Position numbers and translations under genes: made by a program. From positions 29,956-93,955 of the forward strand of contig JAHJKP010000040.1 in NCBI GenBank assembly GCA_018821985.1: a stretch of 64,000 bases of DNA. The letters are read 5' to 3'. The notes beneath the pieces were generated by a model. That model was not told the DNA's origin and did no database searches. It saw only the letters and a list, made by a program, of their open reading frames with translations. This DNA is from Pseudomonadota bacterium. Its GTDB lineage: Bacteria > Desulfobacterota > Desulfobulbia > Desulfobulbales > Desulfocapsaceae. This document shows positions 58,427-64,000 of the stretch, one piece after another (the first letter of the stretch is position 1; every line of letters starts with the position of its first letter).

Positions 58427-59890
58427 TCAGCCCCCTTGTGGAGTCTCCACCGTCTGCCATCCGCCACCCAGGGCCTTGAACAGGGCGACCAGATTGGTGG
58501 AAACGGTACGGTTCGACTGGGCCAGGGTGACCTCGGCAACATAGAGGGTACGCTGCGCATCCAGTACGCTAAGAAAATCGTTTTCTCCGGCACGATAGAG
58601 GGCGGTGGCGAGATCCACGGCAGTGCGGTCGGCCGTCACTGCCCGGGTCAGGGCCTGACGATGCTCTTCTTCCTTGGTTGAGGCGATCAGGGCGTTTTCG
58701 ACTTCCCTCAGGGCGTTTAGCACGGTTTGCTCGTAGGCCAGGAGCTGCTCTTCCTCAACAGCCTTCTGTAGCTCGAGATTTGCACGCCTGCGGCCCATGT
58801 CAAAAAGCGGCCAGTTCAGGGCGGGGCCGAGGGACCAGAAGTTACTGGTCTGGTTGAAGGTCGAATTGAAGGTGTTGTTCTGGAGACCGAGGCTGCCTGT
58901 GATGGTGAATTTGGGAAAGAGATCGGCCTTGGCCACTCCGATCCGGGCGGTGGCGGCATGGATCTTTGCTTCTGCCCTGCGGATGTCAGGTCTTCGCAGG
59001 AGGAGTTCCGAAGGCAAACCAATAGGTACCGTGGCCAGCACCACGGGCAGGGATACCTTGGATGTAAGTTCTGCCAGCAGGGTGGACGGCTCTCCGCCCA
59101 GCAGCAGGCTGAGGCTGTAGATTGTCTGCCGGATCTGTGCCTCAAGGAGCGGGATCTGCCCGGCGGTAGTGGCAGCGAGTGCTTCCGCCCGCACCACGTC
59201 AAGTTTACCGACAAAGCCTGTATCGAAAAGCTGGTGGGTTAGGTCGGCGGTGTGTTTCTGGGCCTTCAGATTCTGGTGGGCGATGGTAAGTCGTTGTTGA
59301 AGGGAACGCAGATTCAGATAGTTGCCGGCCACTTCGGCGCTCAGGCTCACCAGCAGATCGCGCCGGTCTTCCATGGACGCATCAAGATCAGCGCCTGTTG
59401 CCTCGACCCCGCGCCGCAATCCGCCGAAGAGATCGATCTCCCAGCCGGCATCGAAGCCCATTTTATAGAGATTGGTGGTTGTTGCCTCGGTGTTGTTTCC
59501 GGATCCCGGTGTCTGGCTGCGCCGGTAGGAGGCGGCAGAATCTACCGCCGGGCCAAGGTCTGCCCCGGCTATTCCCATTACAGCGCGGGCCTGACGGATA
59601 CGACTTTCAGCCATTTGCAGGTCCAGATTGGCCTGCATGGCCCGTTCAATGAGGGAGGTGAGTATTGGATCGTTGAAGATCTTCCACCATTGGGCCAGTT
59701 CCTGTTCAGCCTTGGATGCGGTCTCGGGGGCTGTTGAGGCCTGGTCCAACCATTGGGATGAAGAAATCTTAGCCTCTGGACGTTGGAAGTCAGGGCCCAG
59801 CATGCAGCTGCTCAAGAGAGGCAGGCAGAGGCAGAGGGCCAGACAGGTCCGGCAGGGTGAACGGTGCAGGCGAGGGATCATGGGGTTCAT
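58427..59890 (-). CDS. outer-membrane efflux lipoprotein (NodT/OMF family)
   Basis: Lipobox LLSSC, two OEP repeats, 487 aa. Last gene of the efflux operon. Confidence 0.9.
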   Translation of the reverse strand: MNPMIPRLHRSPCRTCLALCLCLPLLSSCMLGPDFQRPEAKISSSQWLDQASTAPETASKAEQELAQWWKIFNDPILTSLIERAMQANLDLQMAESRIRQARAVMGIAGADLGPAVDSAASYRRSQTPGSGNNTEATTTNLYKMGFDAGWEIDLFGGLRRGVEATGADLDASMEDRRDLLVSLSAEVAGNYLNLRSLQQRLTIAHQNLKAQKHTADLTHQLFDTGFVGKLDVVRAEALAATTAGQIPLLEAQIRQTIYSLSLLLGGEPSTLLAELTSKVSLPVVLATVPIGLPSELLLRRPDIRRAEAKIHAATARIGVAKADLFPKFTITGSLGLQNNTFNSTFNQTSNFWSLGPALNWPLFDMGRRRANLELQKAVEEEQLLAYEQTVLNALREVENALIASTKEEEHRQALTRAVTADRTAVDLATALYRAGENDFLSVLDAQRTLYVAEVTLAQSNRTVSTNLVALFKALGGGWQTVETPQGG

Positions 59891-59932
59891 TGCTCCTTGA
59901 AAAAATGGGCTGAAAGAGCGATCCGCTTGTAT

Positions 59933-61300
59933 TTATTCATAGCGCAGGGCCTCGATAGGATCGAGGCGTGAGGCCTTCCAGGCCGGGTAAAAGCCGAAGA
60001 TAATTCCCACCCCGGCTGAGACCAGTACCGCCGTGGCAATGGCCGCAGGCGAGGTCTCCACCGGCCAGCCGAGCAGGAGCCGTACGAGCTGGGAGCCACC
60101 ATGGCCAAGGATGATGCCCATGGCTCCACCGGTGAGGCAGAGGACCACCGCCTCCACCAGAAACTGGCGGAGGATGTCGCGGCCCCGAGCCCCGACGGCC
60201 ATGCGCAGACCGATCTCCCGGGTACGTTCGGTGACGGACACGAGCATGATGTTCATGATCCCCACCCCGCCCACTATGAGTGAGATCATGGCCACGGCCA
60301 GCAGCAGATTGGTCATGAGCGTGGTGGTGGTGGAGAGGGTAGCAGTGAGTTCGGCCATGTCGCGGATGTTGAAGTCTTCCGGTTCTTCGGCGCGGGTGCG
60401 GTGTCGTTCCCGGAGTACCTCGGAGATCTGTTTAATGGCCAGGGGTATTTCAACGGAGCTGTTGGCTGCGGCCATGATCTGGTCGATATTGGCAAAGCGT
60501 ACCGGCATTGGGTTGTTGCTCTGCTGGACGCTGGAGTGCTCGGGGTAGAGGCTGGGCTGGGCCGCCGGGTAGAGATTAGACAGGGTGTTTACCGTATCGG
60601 AGGTGGCAGCGGTGCTCTGGTTGGTGGTGGCAAGGCTCGTGCCGGTGACCCGGTATTTAATGGTAGTCCAGGGGGCGAGAATGACATCGTCCTGGTCATG
60701 GCCCATCATGTTGGCGCCTTTGGAGGAGAGTACCCCTATCACCCGGAAGGAGATGTTTTTTATCCGGATTTCCTTACCCACGGGCGAGATGCCCTCGAAC
60801 AGCTCCCGGACCAGGCTCTGGCCCAGGATGCAGACCCGGTTACTGTTGAGCACGTCCCGGTCGCTGAAGGGCTCGCCCTCGGCCAGAGTGCTCCAGTCCT
60901 GCACATCAAGATAGGCGGGGGTGGTGCCGTAGATGGCGTTGGGCACCCAGTTGCGGTTACCGTAGACCACCTGGGCCCGGGCGCGGACCATGGGTGCGGC
61001 GTTGCGGATGGCCGGGCATTCCCGCAGGATGGCCTGGCAGTCTTCGGGGGTCAGGGTGGTGGTGGTGCCCGCCCCGAAGGAAACTCCGCCGCTGGAGGCG
61101 GTACCGGGTCGGATCACCAGGACATTGGCTCCCATGCTGGCAATGGATTTTTTGAGGGCCGTTGAGGCGCCGGCGCCGATCTCCATCATGGCGATGACCG
61201 CACCCACTCCGATGACAATCCCCAGAGTGGTAAGCATGGCCCGCATGGGATTACGGCGCAAGGCCTTAAGGGCGATGCCGGCGGTGGTGTAGACCCTCAT
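59933..61300 (-). CDS. MacB/FtsX-family ABC permease
   Basis: MacB periplasmic domain between TM1 and TM2. C-terminal FtsX bundle (REIGLRMAVGA). Confidence 0.9.
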   Translation of the reverse strand: MRVYTTAGIALKALRRNPMRAMLTTLGIVIGVGAVIAMMEIGAGASTALKKSIASMGANVLVIRPGTASSGGVSFGAGTTTTLTPEDCQAILRECPAIRNAAPMVRARAQVVYGNRNWVPNAIYGTTPAYLDVQDWSTLAEGEPFSDRDVLNSNRVCILGQSLVRELFEGISPVGKEIRIKNISFRVIGVLSSKGANMMGHDQDDVILAPWTTIKYRVTGTSLATTNQSTAATSDTVNTLSNLYPAAQPSLYPEHSSVQQSNNPMPVRFANIDQIMAAANSSVEIPLAIKQISEVLRERHRTRAEEPEDFNIRDMAELTATLSTTTTLMTNLLLAVAMISLIVGGVGIMNIMLVSVTERTREIGLRMAVGARGRDILRQFLVEAVVLCLTGGAMGIILGHGGSQLVRLLLGWPVETSPAAIATAVLVSAGVGIIFGFYPAWKASRLDPIEALRYE

Positions 61301-62022
61301 AGTGTGATTTCCCCGGTTTGAGGGGTTGGTCCGCCGGCGGTTGTATTGTCAAGTATCAGCCCGTCTTCGATGCGGATTATCTGTCTGGCGTGTCCAGCCA
61401 CCTTGGGGTCGTGGGTCACCATGATTATGGTGATACCGTCTTCGGCATTGAGCTGCTCGAACATCTGGAGTACCTCTTCGCTGGTCCGGGAATCGAGGTT
61501 GCCGGTCGGTTCGTCGGCAAAGAGCACGGGCGGACGGTTGATCAGGGCTCTGGCGATTGCCACCCGCTGCTGCTGGCCGCCGGAGAGCTGCGAGGGGTAA
61601 TGGTCCAGCCGATCGCCTAGTCCCACCCGGCAAAGCATCTCGGTCGCTCGCTTCCTGGCCTCGGAGCTGCTCAGCTCCTCGACGGTGTAGGAGAGAGGCA
61701 TAGCCACGTTTTCGAGGGCGCTGGTTCTGGCCAGTAGATTGAAGCTCTGGAAGACGAAGCCGAGCTTGCGGTTGCGGAGCAGGGCCCGTTCGTCGGCGGT
61801 GAGCTGAGAAATTTCCTGGCCCTCGAGCCAGTACTCGCCGGCGGTCGGTCTGTCCAGGCAGCCCAGGATGTTCATCAGGGTGGATTTTCCGGAGCCGGAC
61901 GAGCCGGTGAGGGCAACCAGCTCCCCCTGCCGGATGGCCAGGGAGATGCCTTTCAGCACGGGCACAGAGATGTCGCCCATCTGGTAGGTCTTTTCAATAC
62001 CGTGCAGGGTGATGAGTTCCAT
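61297..62022 (-). CDS. MacB/LolD-type ABC ATP-binding protein
   Basis: [35 protein letters not shown]. Confidence 0.92.
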   Translation of the reverse strand: MELITLHGIEKTYQMGDISVPVLKGISLAIRQGELVALTGSSGSGKSTLMNILGCLDRPTAGEYWLEGQEISQLTADERALLRNRKLGFVFQSFNLLARTSALENVAMPLSYTVEELSSSEARKRATEMLCRVGLGDRLDHYPSQLSGGQQQRVAIARALINRPPVLFADEPTGNLDSRTSEEVLQMFEQLNAEDGITIIMVTHDPKVAGHARQIIRIEDGLILDNTTAGGPTPQTGEITL

Positions 62023-62029
62023 GAGTGCC

Positions 62030-63307
62030 TTACTTGGAGCCGGAGGTGGAGCTGTTTCTCTTGCGGTGTAGGTTCGGGAGGAAGGGGTTTCCTCCTTCGT
62101 CCTTACTATTGACGGAATTCGGTAGGCGGATGCCGGTGATCACCTGCATCCCCTCATGCAGCTCCGGGCCCTCTACCACGGTGCTGGTTCCGTCGGTGGC
62201 CCCGGTCTGGACCTCTATCCGGCGAGGCTGCTGATTCTCGTCAACCACCCACAGGAGCCCGATGTTTTTGTCGTCTTTGGCGGCTTGGATAGTGGCGGCT
62301 GGCCTCATTCTGGAGCCCTCGTCGGCGGGCGAGCTCCAGCGCAGGGCCGCATTGGGTGCCTGTAGAACATTCGTGAGCTGCTGCAGCTGAAACTGGACAT
62401 TGGCGGTAAGGTACGGCAGGAGGCGGCCATCACTGTTGTCGGTGGTAATTTCCACCGTGTAGGTGACCACGTTCTGGGTCATGGAGGCATTGAGTCGGAC
62501 CTTGCCCACCTCACCCCGGAAAGTCTCACCGGGGAAGGCATCTACCGTGAAGGTCACCGGCAGGCCCGGGTGAATCTTGCCGATATCCGCCTCGTTCACC
62601 GCCACCCAGACCTGGATGCGAGTGAGATCCTTGGCCAACAGGAAGAGGCTGGGGGCGTTGAGGCTCGCTACCACGGTCTGGCCGGTGTTGACCCTCCGGT
62701 CAATAATGATGCCCTTGACCGGCGAGGTGATGATGCAGTAGCCGAGGTTGCGCTGGGCGCGTTTGAGGGCCGCCTCGGTCTGGTGGATAGCTGCTTCGCT
62801 CATTGCCACCTGGGCCAGCGCGGTTTTGTGTGCCGATTCGTAAGCCTCGTAGCTCGATTGTGCCAGAGCCTGAGAGGGGCCGAGCAGTTGGGCCCGCTTC
62901 CAGTTCTGCTGCGCCTGACCAAGCTCGGCCATGGACTGCTGCAGGCCGGCCTTGCTTGATAACAACTGGGCCTCAGCCTGGGCCACGTCGGAGGCGTAAA
63001 GCGAGTCGTCGATCCTGGCCAGCACCGTGCCTGCTTCAACCTCGGAGCCGTAGTCCACGGTTTTACCCTTGGCGTCCAAGCCAAAGGAGATGATTCGTCC
63101 GGCTACTTGGGCGCCGACATCAATGACTTCTTCCGGTTCCACGGTACCTGTGGCACTGATGGAAACCAGTAGATCACCGCGGGTGATCCCGGCGGTCCTG
63201 TAGGCAGTGTCATTCCCTTGGCGTCGGCTAAACTGCCAGGCTGCCAGGCTGCCGAAGAAAAACACGGCGATGACGAGAATAAAAAATTTTTTGCTCGGGT
63301 ATTTCAA
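62030..63307 (-). CDS. periplasmic adaptor (HlyD/MacA family)
   Basis: N-terminal anchor, coiled-coil hairpin (AQAEAQLLSSKAGLQQ...), lipoyl and beta-barrel segments. Confidence 0.9.
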   Translation of the reverse strand: MKYPSKKFFILVIAVFFFGSLAAWQFSRRQGNDTAYRTAGITRGDLLVSISATGTVEPEEVIDVGAQVAGRIISFGLDAKGKTVDYGSEVEAGTVLARIDDSLYASDVAQAEAQLLSSKAGLQQSMAELGQAQQNWKRAQLLGPSQALAQSSYEAYESAHKTALAQVAMSEAAIHQTEAALKRAQRNLGYCIITSPVKGIIIDRRVNTGQTVVASLNAPSLFLLAKDLTRIQVWVAVNEADIGKIHPGLPVTFTVDAFPGETFRGEVGKVRLNASMTQNVVTYTVEITTDNSDGRLLPYLTANVQFQLQQLTNVLQAPNAALRWSSPADEGSRMRPAATIQAAKDDKNIGLLWVVDENQQPRRIEVQTGATDGTSTVVEGPELHEGMQVITGIRLPNSVNSKDEGGNPFLPNLHRKRNSSTSGSK

Positions 63308-63622
63308 GATCTAACCTCTTTATTTGTCTGTTGCGTATAGTGAGTGGTCCTAAAATATATGGATACCGGCCATGTTGAAGTGGATTAATTGGTCCGCAAG
63401 ATGTTCCTTGTCATTGAGAATGGACCGAAGACCGGTGGCGGGGTTTCCTGCTGATGTGGCCTTGATGATCAATGACCAAGGAGAAAGTCAGCCTGCCTAA
63501 GATGACACAATTGAGGGCGGAGTCTTTTAAACAGTGCATGAAAAGTCCAGATGGAAGGGTCTCCGGATAAAAGCTTGTTAATATCTGCTATGAACAATCC
63601 TCGTGTTTGCCGGCTTTTTATT

Positions 63623-63982
63623 TTAATTACACGGTCGATCAACGTATTCGGAATAGAGGTAGCGCCCATGCTCATCATAATAATTGTAGGTGTCACGGCA
63701 GATCCTCTGGGGCGGCAGTGGCGGGGGAGTGTATGACTGTGAGAGGGCCATAACTCCTAGAGCTGTACCGACAATCGCCAGTGGTAAAATCCAGTCATTG
63801 TTATGGTGATGATATGAATTATAGGGGGGGTAAGGTTGGTGTCTTACTCCTGAAGATGGCGGCGGATAATAATGATATCCATATGGCCTTATGCCATGTC
63901 GTACTGGGAAATTGTAAGAACCGGAGAAACTCATAGCTGGACAAAGCAGAAGTATAAGGGTGAAAGCAATTCTTTTTTTCAT
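63623..63982 (-). CDS. small exported His/Tyr/Pro-rich protein
   Basis: Signal peptide MKKRIAFTLILLLCPAMSFS, a YHYYPPPSSGVRHQPYPPYNSYHHHNNDW region, one further hydrophobic helix, and two Cys near the C-terminus. Confidence 0.5.
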   Translation of the reverse strand: MKKRIAFTLILLLCPAMSFSGSYNFPVRHGIRPYGYHYYPPPSSGVRHQPYPPYNSYHHHNNDWILPLAIVGTALGVMALSQSYTPPPLPPQRICRDTYNYYDEHGRYLYSEYVDRPCN

Positions 63983-64000
63983 GGCAGTGCTCCTTTAACT

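Noticed and set aside
63469-63696. 75-aa minus-strand ORF upstream of macA, possibly a frameshifted small regulator. An adjacent frame continues with ...GLRSILNDKEHLADQLIHFNMAGIHIF.
   Set aside because: Its start would overlap the preceding gene by ~50 nt in another frame. It has no HTH or other motif I can name, and the two frames cannot be joined with any confidence.

Overview
This window looks like a 64-kb chromosomal segment from a Gram-negative bacterium. Gene content (rplU-rpmA-obg-proB-proA-nadD synteny, Mla-type lipid transporter, MacAB-OMF efflux, many c-di-GMP proteins, rubredoxin) suggests an anaerobic deltaproteobacterium-like host, but that is an unverified inference. I can support about 60 protein-coding genes. 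I found no rRNA, tRNA or CRISPR array. Housekeeping content includes thiL, dCMP deaminase, ppsR, dnaE, L21/L27/Obg/ProBA/NadD, RNase G, ssb, cbpA, thiD and a short-form type IIA topoisomerase pair. Accessory content: (i) a complete N-type ATPase operon (atpD-C-Q-R-B-E-F-A-G) next to an alpha-glucan phosphorylase, in a block that spot counts suggest is more GC-rich and that is bracketed by a 29-nt imperfect direct repeat; (ii) a motB-like / motA-like / Fe-S(DUF3786-like) cluster, where the motB-like gene is bracketed by ~105-bp inverted repeats whose perfect 21-nt core carries the gene's last six codons and stop; (iii) a REC-Zn-ribbon-CheB-like protein lacking the catalytic Ser, followed by a PilZ protein, an endonuclease Q homologue and an unannotated 55-aa zinc-ribbon ORF; (iv) an unannotated rubredoxin with a CxC first knuckle, followed by an orphan CbbQ/CbbO (AAA+/VWA) pair with no Rubisco or NOR genes in the window; (v) a GC-rich MacA-MacB-OMF efflux operon. 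I see no recognisable defence island, toxin-antitoxin pair or prophage. The candidates I would follow up first are the inverted-repeat-flanked stator-like cluster, the degenerate CheB/PilZ module and the orphan rubredoxin/CbbQO locus. All functional calls rest on motifs read by eye from the ORF translations. No database search was run.
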